Origin: a virus
Reading direction: 5' to 3' (one strand)
Length of the DNA: 64,000 nucleotides
IMG/VR virus record: IMGVR_UViG_3300034520_000378
The position numbers and the translations under genes are program-made. The notes beneath the pieces were generated by a model. That model searched no databases and was not told the origin of the DNA. It saw nothing but the letters and a program-made list of their open reading frames with translations. Position 1 is the stretch's first letter. Each line of letters opens with the position of its first letter. Below, piece by piece: positions 45,777 through 55,877 of the stretch.

Positions 45777-47780
45777 GTGTCTACTGCTGCCGCAGCGGCA
45801 CTCGACCGGTTTCAACAGCAGGCAGTAGAAGCGCCGATCGATCAGCACGTGCTCGTCACCGCTCCGCCGGGCAGCGGTAAAACCCGTGTGCTCACGCACC
45901 GCTATCTGTACCTTGTCCAAAACGCTGGTATCCCCGCTGAATCGATAGTAGCTGTAACCTTTACAAACAAGGCAGCTAATGAGATGAAGCAGCGCATATC
46001 CTCCGTCCTTGGTTTGGATGATGTAAGTAAACTACCGATTGCCACCTTCCACTCCCTTGCCTACCGCTGGTTGCGCAGGTATCACAATGTTGTCGATCTA
46101 CCGAGCACGCTGACAGTGTTTGACGAAAGCAAGACGCGCAAGGTGATACGCGAGATTGTGCAGGACACTCCGTACGATACTGATATACTCTGCGCTGCTA
46201 TCTCCTATCTTGCCAACCAGGGCATGTTTCCGGGATATGACACAGGCTTTTTTGACTGGTCCGGCTTTGAAGAGCGCTACCGCGGCATAGACAAATACCA
46301 GATGCTTTCGATATACCGTGAGTTCTTCGACCGGATGCTCAAGCTGCGAGCCCTCAGCTTTGACATGCTCATCCTTTACGCCATCCGTCTGTTTGAAAGA
46401 AAGACGAGTGCAGAGATGCACATATCGCACGTCCTGGTTGATGAGTGCCAAGACATAAATCCCGCACAGTATGAGCTTTTGAGGCAGATGGCAGCTGGTG
46501 GTGCCCTGCTTTATCTAACAGGTGACATAGACCAAAGCCTGTACGGCTTTCGCGGCAGCCGCCCCGAGCTGATAGAGGACTTTGTGCAGGAGTTCCAGCC
46601 GCAGCAGTACAGGCTGGTATACAACTACCGCTCTGGTGCCGAGATAGTCAACGTTGCTTCGGATGTTATACGCGTTAACTATCTTGGCAGCAACAGCAAG
46701 ATCCAATTTAAGCCTATACAACCAGTGAAGGACGGCGGTCTGGTGCGCTGGTTTAACATAGTATGCGATGGCGACCAACCCATTTCCTCTGCCAAGCTCA
46801 TTGCGGACACTCTGACGCTGCTTGTCCACAGCGGCGGCTATAAACCTGGTGATATAGCGGTGCTGTCCCGCGCATCCAGGCCTATCATCTCGATGCTGGA
46901 CGAGGTGATACGTGAGCTTGCAAAGTATGCGGCACAATCCGAGACCGATCAGATCCCTGTACGGCTCGTACTGCCGCGCTATCCACTTGATGACGCAGCA
47001 AAGTCGTTCATCCTGTTTGCTGCCAATCCCCACGATGTTGTCAGCCTTCGTGATTTGCTTGAAAGGTTGAAGTTTATTGGCGAGAAGACCGCTGCACGGC
47101 TGGCAAACAAGTATGCACGCTCGCCAGTGGATAGTATCACTGATCTACCGGCGGTATTCAGAGGCGACCTGGTCAAGGGACTATCCAAGCGCACCAGGAA
47201 GGTGCTAGACGTTCTGGCGGACGCGTTTGACAAGATAGCCGATACAACCAAGCCGCTTTCGGAGCGTGTGTACGACTCCACACTCGAGCTGCTCTACATC
47301 CTCAAGGATGCGTCCGAGGATGACACGTCCATTGCTTTAGCCATTGAGCTTGCAGAGCAGTACAATGGCTCAGCGACGGACTTGCTCGACCTTGCTTCAA
47401 TGCTTAATCTCGTCTATTCGACATACGAGGATGCCAAGGCCGGCAAAACCGACTCGGTAGTCTTTTCCACCATCCACTCAGCCAAGGGGCTGGAGTACAA
47501 GGTGGTGGTTATACTCGAGTTCCCGCGCAGCAGCTTCCTGCTCAACTCGATGGATCTAACAGAGGAGCGCAGAGTGTTTTATGTGGCCGTCACTCGCGCG
47601 ATAGAGCGCGCCTATATCATCTCGTTCTATCCCAAATCGTTCTTCCTAGATGACGACTTCATTATAACCGACGTACAGCATCCAAACCTGGTACGTGAAT
47701 TCCTTATGCTCACAGACGTTGAGCCCGTGCACATCGAGAGTGACTTTGAGTTTACTATTGCACTCTCTGCAGAGCTGTAA
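45777..47780 (+). CDS. UvrD/PcrA family helicase
   Basis: APPGSGKT, TFTNKAA, VDECQD, GDIDQSLYGFRG, NYRS, TIHSAKGLE, YVAVTRA. Confidence 0.93.
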   Translation: MSTAAAAALDRFQQQAVEAPIDQHVLVTAPPGSGKTRVLTHRYLYLVQNAGIPAESIVAVTFTNKAANEMKQRISSVLGLDDVSKLPIATFHSLAYRWLRRYHNVVDLPSTLTVFDESKTRKVIREIVQDTPYDTDILCAAISYLANQGMFPGYDTGFFDWSGFEERYRGIDKYQMLSIYREFFDRMLKLRALSFDMLILYAIRLFERKTSAEMHISHVLVDECQDINPAQYELLRQMAAGGALLYLTGDIDQSLYGFRGSRPELIEDFVQEFQPQQYRLVYNYRSGAEIVNVASDVIRVNYLGSNSKIQFKPIQPVKDGGLVRWFNIVCDGDQPISSAKLIADTLTLLVHSGGYKPGDIAVLSRASRPIISMLDEVIRELAKYAAQSETDQIPVRLVLPRYPLDDAAKSFILFAANPHDVVSLRDLLERLKFIGEKTAARLANKYARSPVDSITDLPAVFRGDLVKGLSKRTRKVLDVLADAFDKIADTTKPLSERVYDSTLELLYILKDASEDDTSIALAIELAEQYNGSATDLLDLASMLNLVYSTYEDAKAGKTDSVVFSTIHSAKGLEYKVVVILEFPRSSFLLNSMDLTEERRVFYVAVTRAIERAYIISFYPKSFFLDDDFIITDVQHPNLVREFLMLTDVEPVHIESDFEFTIALSAEL

Positions 47781-47806
47781 AACTACAAAGGAGGTGCCCT
47801 AGCTTG

Positions 47807-48382
47807 ATGGAGCTTACTCCTGAGTTTAGGCAACAGTATGTCGAAGTGGTTGAGGGGCGCGACTTCATCAAGTACGACGGCTTGATGGAGCTCGCTCACG
47901 ATCACATTGCAAGCATTGAGGTTGAGCTGATTGCCCTTCCTGCCGTTACAAACCTCAACACAGCGGTGGTGAAAGCCACCATCACTGATACCGATGGACG
48001 CAAGTGGTCGGCGCTTGGTGATGCGTCCGACACGACTTGCGCGCCCGAGCTTGCACCGCACAAGATACGCATTGCGGAAACGCGTGCCAAAGGGCGTGCG
48101 TTGAGGGACATGCTCAACATCGGCATGCCGATGTACGAGGAAGTCTTCCCCACACCGTCACAACAGACCTCTGTCGACGACAACGCGCCTATAACGCTTG
48201 AGCAGATAGCCCGGTTCAAGCAGTTTATAGACGCCGGGCTCATGACGAAGGACGAGGCGCGCGACATCATGGTCAAAGCCGTGAACAAGGAAAGCTTGAA
48301 CCAGTTAACCAGAGCAGAGGCAGATGCGCTGCTTAAAACCTTCACTCTGTATGTGGAGTCAAAAAGGAGCAGGGTCTCTTGA
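47807..48382 (+). CDS. Rad52/Sak-like ssDNA-annealing protein (putative)
   Basis: IKYDGL...GDA...IAETRAKGRALR. Confidence 0.55.
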   Translation: MELTPEFRQQYVEVVEGRDFIKYDGLMELAHDHIASIEVELIALPAVTNLNTAVVKATITDTDGRKWSALGDASDTTCAPELAPHKIRIAETRAKGRALRDMLNIGMPMYEEVFPTPSQQTSVDDNAPITLEQIARFKQFIDAGLMTKDEARDIMVKAVNKESLNQLTRAEADALLKTFTLYVESKRSRVS

Positions 48383-49026
48383 ACCTTGTCGTCAAAATCC
48401 TGCTCCCCATTCTCATCTTAATCCTTCTGTTTGCCTCTGCTCGATCCTGTCCTGCACCGCCCGCTAAACGCAGTACAACTGTTGTAACTAACAACGTGCC
48501 AGCCAGCAGCGGTGCAGACAGGACCGATGGAGGAGCCGAGACTGACGAGAAAGCCGAGCCTGACGAGAAAGCCGAGCCTGACGAGAAAGCCGAGCCTGAC
48601 GAGAAAGCTGAGACTGATGAGCCGAGCTGTACAGTTACAGTTTCGCCAGCGCCACAGGTCAGCAAGGCAGATGTCTCATCCCGTCACGCGGATGAGCACA
48701 AGTCCAAGCCAGACCTGGTGGCGCAGTTCACGGTTACAGCCTATACGGCACATGATGCAGGTATGGATGGGCGCGGTATCACAGCTACCGGTACAAAAGC
48801 TACGTATGGGCGTACGATAGCAGTCGATCCGCGCCTTATCCCCTACGGCTCCAAGGTGTATATCCCCGCGCTCCAAGACTGGCCCAATAAAGGCTGGTTC
48901 ATAGCCGAGGACACCGGTGGGGCCATCAAGGGATACAAGCTGGACATCTTTATTCCGGACAGAGGTGCTGCACTACGGTTCGGCAGACAGCGCCTGGAAG
49001 CACACGTATACAAACCTAAGGACTAG
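48379..49026 (+). CDS. 3D-domain cell-wall enzyme with N-terminal anchor
   Basis: VTAY, TATG, IAVDP, AEDTGGAIKG, LDIF. Confidence 0.88.
   Translation: MNLVVKILLPILILILLFASARSCPAPPAKRSTTVVTNNVPASSGADRTDGGAETDEKAEPDEKAEPDEKAEPDEKAETDEPSCTVTVSPAPQVSKADVSSRHADEHKSKPDLVAQFTVTAYTAHDAGMDGRGITATGTKATYGRTIAVDPRLIPYGSKVYIPALQDWPNKGWFIAEDTGGAIKGYKLDIFIPDRGAALRFGRQRLEAHVYKPKD
48535..48621 (+). repeat. 18-bp coding tandem repeat (AEPDEK, about 4.8 copies)
   Basis: gccgagcctgacgagaaa units. Confidence 0.9.
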
Positions 49027-49036
49027 GAGGGTATTT

Positions 49037-49489
49037 ATGGCTGAAACTCAGTATCCAAGATTCGAGCTTGTATCAAACGCACGGCCGGGCGCCAAGCTTC
49101 CCACCAGAGCAGATACCGGCAGTGCCGGCTATGACTTCTATCTTCCGGAAGACGTGGTGCTAAAGGCTGGCGAGGTAACTCTGGTCTTCACCGATGTTAA
49201 GGCTTATATGCCCAAGAACATGGTACTACTGATAACGATCAGGAGCTCGCTGGCAAAGCAGGGCATACTCATTGCTAACGCACCCGGTGTGGTTGATGCA
49301 ACGTACTACAACAATCCCACAAACGAGGGCAATATAGGTCTCCTGCTCTTCAATACCAACTCTGATGATGTGTTCCTTAGTGCAGGGACCAGGGTGGCCC
49401 AGGGGATATTTGCAGAGTACTACCTTGCTTCAAATGACAGTACTCTAAATGACGCAAGAACCGGCGGGTTTGGATCCTCAGGTGCATGA
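49037..49489 (+). CDS. dut: dUTPase
   Basis: SAGYDF, IRSS, GVVDATY, RVAQG, RTGGFGSSG. Confidence 0.95.
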   Translation: MAETQYPRFELVSNARPGAKLPTRADTGSAGYDFYLPEDVVLKAGEVTLVFTDVKAYMPKNMVLLITIRSSLAKQGILIANAPGVVDATYYNNPTNEGNIGLLLFNTNSDDVFLSAGTRVAQGIFAEYYLASNDSTLNDARTGGFGSSGA

Positions 49490-49496
49490 TATTGCG

Positions 49497-49790
49497 GTCA
49501 ACCACCCCCGACTGAAGTCGGAGACATGTAGGCCTCGTGGTTGACCAGCCTGAGTACCTGACCCGAAGGACAAGGGGATGATGGTACTACGTTGGCAGCA
49601 GGTCAAAGACCCACTCCGGGATGCTCCTCCAGTCCCGGACTCTGGAAGTGCCGGTTGCAGACAACCTTCGGGGTGTGGGCGAAACGGACCGGCACAAGTG
49701 CCGGTTGCCAACATTGGCGAGGAGGGCGCCGGGGAGAGTCCGCCCCGGCGCGTCACCAGGCCCGTAAGGGTACTCCGAAAGGAGTGGTGT
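49497..49790 (+). ncRNA. IscB omegaRNA (HEARO-like) scaffold
   Basis: gtcaacc/ggttgac stem, ACCAGCCTGAG, CTACGTT, GATGCTCCTCCAGTCC, ACATTGGCGAGG motifs upstream of iscB. Confidence 0.8.
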
Positions 49791-51135
49791 ATATGGTCTT
49801 TGTTTTGGACAAACACAAGAGACCACTGATGCCCTGTACTGAGAAGCGTGCCAGGTTGTTGCTGCGTCGCGGTAGGGCAGTGGTGCATAGGGTACAACCA
49901 TTCACCATTCGTTTGAAGGATAGAACAGTAGAACAAAGTCAACTTCAGCCACTGCGTCTCAAACTTGACCCAGGAGCGAAAGTTACAGGTGTAGCCGTAT
50001 TACGAGAGGACAGCGAGGGTGAGGCTGAAACCGTATTGTTGGCCGAGATACACCACAAGACAAACATCAAGGCTAGCCTTGATACGCGCCGGGCCATCCG
50101 TCGTAGTCGCAGGAACCGCAAGACACGCTATCGCGAACCCCGGTTTCTGAACCGTAGGCGCTCGGAGGGGTGGCTACCGCCTTCACTCAAAGCTAGAGTT
50201 AATCAAACCTTGAGCGCAGTTAATAAACTCCTAAAGTTATTGCCGGTCACGGCTATTTCCACTGAACACGTTAAGTTTGACACTCAGAAGCTCCAGAACC
50301 CTGAGATTTCTGGTGTTGAATACCAGAGAGGTGCGCTCTTCGGTTATGAAATCAGAGAGTACCTCCTTGAAAAATGGGGTCGTAAATGTGCCTACTGCGG
50401 CAGAGAGGATGTGCCCCTTGAGATTGAGCACATTGTACCAAAATCGAGGGGTGGCACCGATAGGGTGTCTAACCTGACGCTCGCCTGCCGCGACTGTAAC
50501 CAGAGGAAAGGTAATATGACAGCCAGCGAGTTTGATTATCCCCACATACAGGAGCAAGCCGAGCAGCCGTTGAAGGGAGCAACCTTCATGAATGCCACTC
50601 GGTGGTATCTGTATGAGCAGCTAGAGATCATTGGCTTACCGGTTGAGTGCGGCAGTGGCGCTCTGACCAAGATGAATCGCATTACTCGCGGTTTACCCAA
50701 AGAACACTACTTCGATGCCTGCTGTGTTGGACAGAGCACACCGCTGGTAATCCGTATAACCCAGGATTATGTCCACGTCTGGCGCGCATTAGGTCGCGGC
50801 ACAAGGCGTATATGCAACCTCGATAAGTATGGTTTCCCTCGCGGGCACAGAGGAAGACGCAAGAACTGTTTCGGTTTTCAGACCGGAGATATAGTCAAAG
50901 CCGTGGTACCTAAGGGAAAATATGCAGGCAAATGGACAGGGAGGGTGGCAGTACGCACCTCTGGATACTTCGACCTGAAAGACAGCTCTGGCAAGAGGAT
51001 ATGTCAGGGTATAAACCACAAATACTGCAGGCTTGTTCAAAGGGCCGATGGTTGGCAGTATGATAAACTCAGTCGAAAGGAGGGGGGCGCATTCCTCCTC
51101 CCAATGAATTGGGAGGCATCCTGCGCCGACTTTTT
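49497..51135 (+). mobile_element. IS200/IS605-superfamily IscB element (no tnpA)
   Basis: Starts GTCAACCACCCC with a terminal hairpin; ends with hairpin cctcccaa-tgaa-ttgggagg. Confidence 0.8.
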
Positions 51136-51139
51136 GTGA
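49793..51139 (+). CDS. iscB: RNA-guided endonuclease IscB
   Basis: PLMP, LDPG, RRxRRxR bridge helix, EHVKFD, HNH (CAYC...EHIVP...N...CN), HYFDA. Confidence 0.93.
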   Translation: MVFVLDKHKRPLMPCTEKRARLLLRRGRAVVHRVQPFTIRLKDRTVEQSQLQPLRLKLDPGAKVTGVAVLREDSEGEAETVLLAEIHHKTNIKASLDTRRAIRRSRRNRKTRYREPRFLNRRRSEGWLPPSLKARVNQTLSAVNKLLKLLPVTAISTEHVKFDTQKLQNPEISGVEYQRGALFGYEIREYLLEKWGRKCAYCGREDVPLEIEHIVPKSRGGTDRVSNLTLACRDCNQRKGNMTASEFDYPHIQEQAEQPLKGATFMNATRWYLYEQLEIIGLPVECGSGALTKMNRITRGLPKEHYFDACCVGQSTPLVIRITQDYVHVWRALGRGTRRICNLDKYGFPRGHRGRRKNCFGFQTGDIVKAVVPKGKYAGKWTGRVAVRTSGYFDLKDSSGKRICQGINHKYCRLVQRADGWQYDKLSRKEGGAFLLPMNWEASCADFL

Positions 51140-51152
51140 AGGAGGTATCGGT

Positions 51153-51575
51153 ATGCCAGCAACAAAGCATGTTTATCAGTTCAATCTAGTGGTATCTCAG
51201 GATGCGAGGTCTAACATACATGTCGACCTCAAGCAGCTCGTAGAGGAGCTGCGCGACAGACCTGTTTATACAATCCGCTCATACGAGAACGGGGAGATAG
51301 AATTCAGTCCCCGTCCGGTTGGCCAGGTCATTGCCGTTATGACGAATGAGCAGACAGGGGCCACAACAGCGCTCATCTCCCTGGACAGCTATATCAATCC
51401 CAAGCTGTTCACTATTGAGCCTTTGTTTGAGAAGTCCAGTGATGACGACACAGCGCACCTGAACCGTCTTGTACTGAGGCCGGAGTCCCAGCCGGGCTTC
51501 ATGTACTTCGTCCTGGATACTGAAGAGTATCCCAGGGTTGAAGATACGTTTAGCGCCGATACACTGGACACATAA
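51153..51575 (+). CDS. hypothetical protein
   Basis: AAGGAGG RBS. Confidence 0.6.
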   Translation: MPATKHVYQFNLVVSQDARSNIHVDLKQLVEELRDRPVYTIRSYENGEIEFSPRPVGQVIAVMTNEQTGATTALISLDSYINPKLFTIEPLFEKSSDDDTAHLNRLVLRPESQPGFMYFVLDTEEYPRVEDTFSADTLDT

Positions 51576-51631
51576 CTCAGTCCCGGGGCGCAGAGGTGCC
51601 CCGGGTATGTTTCTGGAAGGAGGTTTCGGTA

Positions 51632-53947
51632 TTGCGCATCCTGTTCTTCACTGACACGCACATACGGTTTTTCTCGCCTGTCAATCGCAAGGACAATTTC
51701 CAGGAAGCCATCTTCACGAAGCTTGAAGAGGTTGTCCAAATCGCAAATGAGCACAATGTTGACCTGGTAGTGCACGGTGGCGATCTGTTTGACAGATATG
51801 ACGTCACAAACAAGCTGCTTGGCCGCACGGCCGCACTGCTACGCCAGTTCAAGTGCCCCATATATGTCCTGCCGGGCAACCACGACATAGTGGGCTACTC
51901 GGTAGAAACTCTCCCCTCTACCTCGCTTGATGTCCTAGCCAAGAGCGGTGTTATAAAGCTGCTGCTTGAGCCGCAGGTGATAGACGATGTGCTCCTCTAC
52001 CCTATTCCCTCCTCTGCTGATATACCGGAGTCTTCATACAGAATAGAGAGAGGTGCGGCCAGGGTTGTTGTGATTGTTGCCCACGACAATCTCCTGCCTC
52101 AGCCGGTGCATAAAGATATCCCGCATAAGGTGATATCTGATTCCCTGTCCAATGCCGATATCGTGCTCTTGGGTCACTGGCATCCGGGCTGGCCGGAGCC
52201 GGTAAAAGCCGGTTCAACGCTGTACGTCAATCCCGGTTCGATTGCGCGTCTGGACATCGGCCCTGGCTCGAGGGACAGGCGCGTACAGGTGGCACTGATA
52301 GACATCAATGATTCTGTATCCGTGCAGTATGTTCCCCTTTCCTCTGCCAGGCCGTATGATGAAGTGTTTGTTGAGGTATCCAGCAAGCACACAGCGGGCC
52401 TTGAGGATGTAGGCAAGGCGATAAATGCGGCGTCATCCGACATACCGGTAGTTGATGTCTTTTCAATGCTTGCCGAGATGGACGTGCCGGATGAACTGCG
52501 TGCTGTCATCAACGAAAAGCTGGGTACAGCCAGTCAGGCATCGGATGTCTGTTGGACATCGGACCTGGTGCACATATCGGAAGTTGAGCTTACCAACTTC
52601 CAGAGCCATGCTGATACTAAACTGAGATTAGCACCCGGGCTCAATGTCATAGTTGGCCCAAGTGACAGTGGCAAGAGTGCTGTCCTTCGGGCGCTGTGGT
52701 GGCTGTTCTACAATAAACCCAAGGGTGCAGACTTTGTGCGGATAGGCAGCCAGAGCACATCGGTAAAAGCTGTATTCTCAAGCGGGTCGTACATTGAGCG
52801 TTCAAGGACACGGTCGTCATCGGGAAGCTATACCTATCGCGTCCCCGGTTCAGAGCCGGTAGAGCTTAAAGGGTTTGGCTCGACGCTCCCGCCAGAGGTA
52901 GTATCAATACACAAGACGCCGCTTCTTACCATTGCCGGCGAGGATGTTTCGATAAACATAGCCCGTCAGTTTGACCCGCCGTTTATACTGGGCTCGGGCC
53001 CGTCGTTCACCATATCCCTGCTTGATGTTATGACGCGCAATGACGTAGTGTTTGAGGCTATAAAGCAGCTTAAGGCAGAGCTGCAGGCAACCAAGACCGT
53101 GCTGCCGCAGTACCAGGAGCTGCTTGACAAGCAGGCCAAAGCGATAGCCTCTTTAGAGCAGCTGCTTTCTCTGTCGGACCGTGTCGAACAGATTGAGCAT
53201 GAGCTTATGCGGCTGGTGGACGATTGCCGCAAACTGATACGTATACGTGATTTGTATAATGGGTGGATTAAGTTGAAAGAAAGCTCGGCGGAGCGGCTCC
53301 AGGCGCTTCAGGAGCTTCAGGCAAAAGCTGAGCGGCTGGATCGAATGCTGCAGGAAGCTGAGCGCGCCGCGTCACTGCTTAGCTCCAAGCACGTACCGTT
53401 TGCGCAGGGTTATAACCAGCGCATTGCGCAGCTGAGACGACTGCTGCCGCAGCTCTCCACAGCCCAGCTCGCAAATGCGTACAAGCGCTACGTTGAGCTT
53501 ATAAGTGAGCTGAACGTGTGTCCGCTGTGCGGCGGCGTGGTAAACACCTCAGGCATCATATCCGAGATAACATCGCAGTATGAGGCAATTGTAGACCAGG
53601 TCAACAGAATTGCAAAGGAGGTCATGGGAATGACGGCAAAGGAGATTAAGACCGCCGGCGACGACGTCATGCTAAAGGTCAGGGCACTCAGGTCGAACTT
53701 TGAGTCGGCATGCGCCAACCTCAACTCCGCAATAGCGGTCGCCGCTGCTAACATAGACGAAGCGAAGAAGCTTGAGCAGCAGTGTCAGGAGGAGTTTGGT
53801 GTTGACATTACACAGTTCGAGACGCTCATGAATGACATGCAGAAGAGCATTGAGCAGCAGCTCGGGCGTATCCAGCAGGAGCTTGAACAGCTCAAGCAGC
53901 AGTACACGGCTCTTCTTTCTTCGGTCAAGGAACAGGGGGTGTTGTAA
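51632..53947 (+). CDS. SbcD/Mre11 nuclease fused to the SbcC/Rad50 N-terminal half
   Basis: DTH, GGDLFD, GNHD, GHWH, NPGS; then NFQSH, GPSDSGKS, Q-loop, coiled coil, CPLC hook. Confidence 0.85.
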   Translation: MRILFFTDTHIRFFSPVNRKDNFQEAIFTKLEEVVQIANEHNVDLVVHGGDLFDRYDVTNKLLGRTAALLRQFKCPIYVLPGNHDIVGYSVETLPSTSLDVLAKSGVIKLLLEPQVIDDVLLYPIPSSADIPESSYRIERGAARVVVIVAHDNLLPQPVHKDIPHKVISDSLSNADIVLLGHWHPGWPEPVKAGSTLYVNPGSIARLDIGPGSRDRRVQVALIDINDSVSVQYVPLSSARPYDEVFVEVSSKHTAGLEDVGKAINAASSDIPVVDVFSMLAEMDVPDELRAVINEKLGTASQASDVCWTSDLVHISEVELTNFQSHADTKLRLAPGLNVIVGPSDSGKSAVLRALWWLFYNKPKGADFVRIGSQSTSVKAVFSSGSYIERSRTRSSSGSYTYRVPGSEPVELKGFGSTLPPEVVSIHKTPLLTIAGEDVSINIARQFDPPFILGSGPSFTISLLDVMTRNDVVFEAIKQLKAELQATKTVLPQYQELLDKQAKAIASLEQLLSLSDRVEQIEHELMRLVDDCRKLIRIRDLYNGWIKLKESSAERLQALQELQAKAERLDRMLQEAERAASLLSSKHVPFAQGYNQRIAQLRRLLPQLSTAQLANAYKRYVELISELNVCPLCGGVVNTSGIISEITSQYEAIVDQVNRIAKEVMGMTAKEIKTAGDDVMLKVRALRSNFESACANLNSAIAVAAANIDEAKKLEQQCQEEFGVDITQFETLMNDMQKSIEQQLGRIQQELEQLKQQYTALLSSVKEQGVL

Positions 53948-53948
53948 G

Positions 53949-54617
53949 GTGGACGAACTGCTTACACATATAGAGAAGCTCAAATCGGAGCTGGACGGCA
54001 TGCGCGCCGTCCTTTCCCACTACTCCGACTCACTCTCTTCTGTTCGAACAAAGAGAGATGAGCTGAAGACTCAAATCGACTCCCTTGAGCAAAGGGTTGA
54101 TGCTCTGCAGCGCGCTTCAGCACTGCTTCAGTCGTTGAGCAACCTCTCACGCGAGCGCGTGTCCAAACACCTGAGCGAGATCGTATCCACTGCACTCCAG
54201 TACGTCTACGGTTCAGACTTCAAGTTCGAGCTGGAGCTTGTCACGGACAAGCGCGGTAACACCACTGTTGAGTACTATGTCACAAGCGGTGATGGGATAC
54301 GTACCAGGCCGCAGGACTCACGCGGCGGTGGTGTGGTGGACGTGATAAGCATAGCCTTGCGGATAGGCGTCCTGCTGCTTATGAACAATCCTCCCCTGCC
54401 GGGGCCCATCATCCTGGACGAGCCGGGCAGGCACCTCGATCAGGAGTCTGCTGTGAGGTTTGCCGAGTTCCTCAAGTACATCTCTTCCACCACTGGGAGG
54501 CAGTTCATAGTGGTCACGCACCACGAGGCAATGCTGCCGTACGCTGATGCGGCATATGTTATCGAAAAGTCGGGTGATATCTCCACAGTGTCGGAGGTTG
54601 ATGTCAATGGCGGCTAA
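53949..54617 (+). CDS. SbcC/Rad50 C-terminal ATPase half
   Basis: SRGGG signature, IILDEP Walker B, VVTH. Confidence 0.85.
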   Translation: MDELLTHIEKLKSELDGMRAVLSHYSDSLSSVRTKRDELKTQIDSLEQRVDALQRASALLQSLSNLSRERVSKHLSEIVSTALQYVYGSDFKFELELVTDKRGNTTVEYYVTSGDGIRTRPQDSRGGGVVDVISIALRIGVLLLMNNPPLPGPIILDEPGRHLDQESAVRFAEFLKYISSTTGRQFIVVTHHEAMLPYADAAYVIEKSGDISTVSEVDVNGG

Positions 54618-54792
54618 GACCTACCGCCGGGTTGAGCCGGCGTACAGAAAGGATGGCAAGTATGTCTGTCCCGAGTGCCTGTCCAGGCAGAGCCTTGAGA
54701 TTGTCAACTACAACACGAAAGACAAGCTGTTTCTATTCGTCATACGCTGCAAGAAATGCTGCACTGAATTCCAGGTCTTAAAAGACGTATGA
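54607..54792 (+). CDS. small Zn-ribbon protein
   Basis: CPEC...CKKC; GGAGG RBS. Confidence 0.55.
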   Translation: MAAKTYRRVEPAYRKDGKYVCPECLSRQSLEIVNYNTKDKLFLFVIRCKKCCTEFQVLKDV

Positions 54793-54807
54793 GGAAGGAG
54801 AGCAGCT

Positions 54808-55326
54808 ATGTGGCGCTGCTACAAGCGCCGGGAATCGTACGGTTTCCCCGGGCTACCTACTCTATACACAGTTATCGTTAGGTTTTACCTGGACAGAAAC
54901 GGCAACCCTGTGCACCACAGCCTCGACGGCCCGGCGGCAGTAGTGATTAACGATAAGGGTGAAGTTATACACGAACAATATCTGATAGAAGGCCGCTTGA
55001 TACGCAAAGATCAGTTCTTTAAGGAGGTATGCAAGCTTATGGCACGTACGCGATGTCCACTGTGCAGGGCAGCAACAGATATAGACCTGGACACTGTTGA
55101 GACGGACACCATACAGTGCCCGGTATGCGGTGAAACGACCGATACTGCTCTATGGCGCGAGGCCAACCGTGATCCGTACGCATTCTTCGACGCGCAGGAC
55201 TTGTGCGACTGTGGCGGCGAGTTTTGGTACACCATCTCTAACGACAACTCGCCATGTATTAAATGCGACAGATGCGGCAAAGTCCGAGATCCACGGAAAG
55301 GAGCTGGTATACTTGGGACGGAGTAA
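54808..55326 (+). CDS. hypothetical protein with C-terminal Zn ribbons
   Basis: HSLDGPA motif; four Cys pairs. Confidence 0.6.
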   Translation: MWRCYKRRESYGFPGLPTLYTVIVRFYLDRNGNPVHHSLDGPAAVVINDKGEVIHEQYLIEGRLIRKDQFFKEVCKLMARTRCPLCRAATDIDLDTVETDTIQCPVCGETTDTALWREANRDPYAFFDAQDLCDCGGEFWYTISNDNSPCIKCDRCGKVRDPRKGAGILGTE

Positions 55327-55384
55327 CAGTACCAAAAAGGCTAAGCTCTATGTGTTCCCAGGTACTAAGGAGGATAACACCGGC

Positions 55385-55822
55385 ATGTCGGGGCCGGTGT
55401 GGAAGTCACCACGGCTCTACCGCTGTAAGGATTGCGGCAATACCAGGCTGTTTTACGGCCATACCGTTGTTCCTGCCGTGCTTACCGTAGCAGCCGTCAG
55501 TCCGTTTCACTATGACGTAATGGAATATGCCATTCCGGAAGAGGAAGAGGTCGATCATGTGGTAACCACGTGTGCGGAGTGCGGCTCGTCAGATGTGGAG
55601 ACGTACGAAGTCGATGTCAAGACTATGGCTATACACAATGTCGCTGATAAAGAAGGTGTATGGTCACACCTTATGCTCAAGACCGACGCGCTGCCGCCGC
55701 ACGAACGTGATGTGGTGCGCGGTGCAGACGGTAACTGGTACGTAGGCTGCGAGCGCACTCGTGATTATCTCCTGTTCGGTAGGTTCCAGGAGCAGAACAA
55801 AGACCGGGACGAAAAAGAGTAA
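55385..55822 (+). CDS. Zn-ribbon protein (start uncertain)
   Basis: CKDC...CAEC; AAGGAGG RBS. Confidence 0.55.
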   Translation: MSGPVWKSPRLYRCKDCGNTRLFYGHTVVPAVLTVAAVSPFHYDVMEYAIPEEEEVDHVVTTCAECGSSDVETYEVDVKTMAIHNVADKEGVWSHLMLKTDALPPHERDVVRGADGNWYVGCERTRDYLLFGRFQEQNKDRDEKE

Positions 55823-55877
55823 GCAAACACTTGTTCGTGTTTCGATATTGTGATATAATTAGCGGGAGGGGTGTCGC

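Noticed and set aside
48535-48621. 18-bp tandem repeat considered as a CRISPR array
   Set aside because: No spacers; it is an in-frame AEPDEK linker.
6983-49026. Genome-wide TAG recoding
   Set aside because: Many genes end in TAG directly before the next RBS (11679, 14098, 17007, 49026), and the only tRNA seen is not a suppressor.
49592-49792. N-terminal extension of IscB in the ORF track
   Set aside because: It overlaps the omegaRNA; the RBS and the PLMP motif support ATG 49793.
54808-55326. Novel domain fusion
   Set aside because: An internal RBS and ATG at 55039 suggest two genes or a lost stop; this cannot be resolved from the sequence alone.
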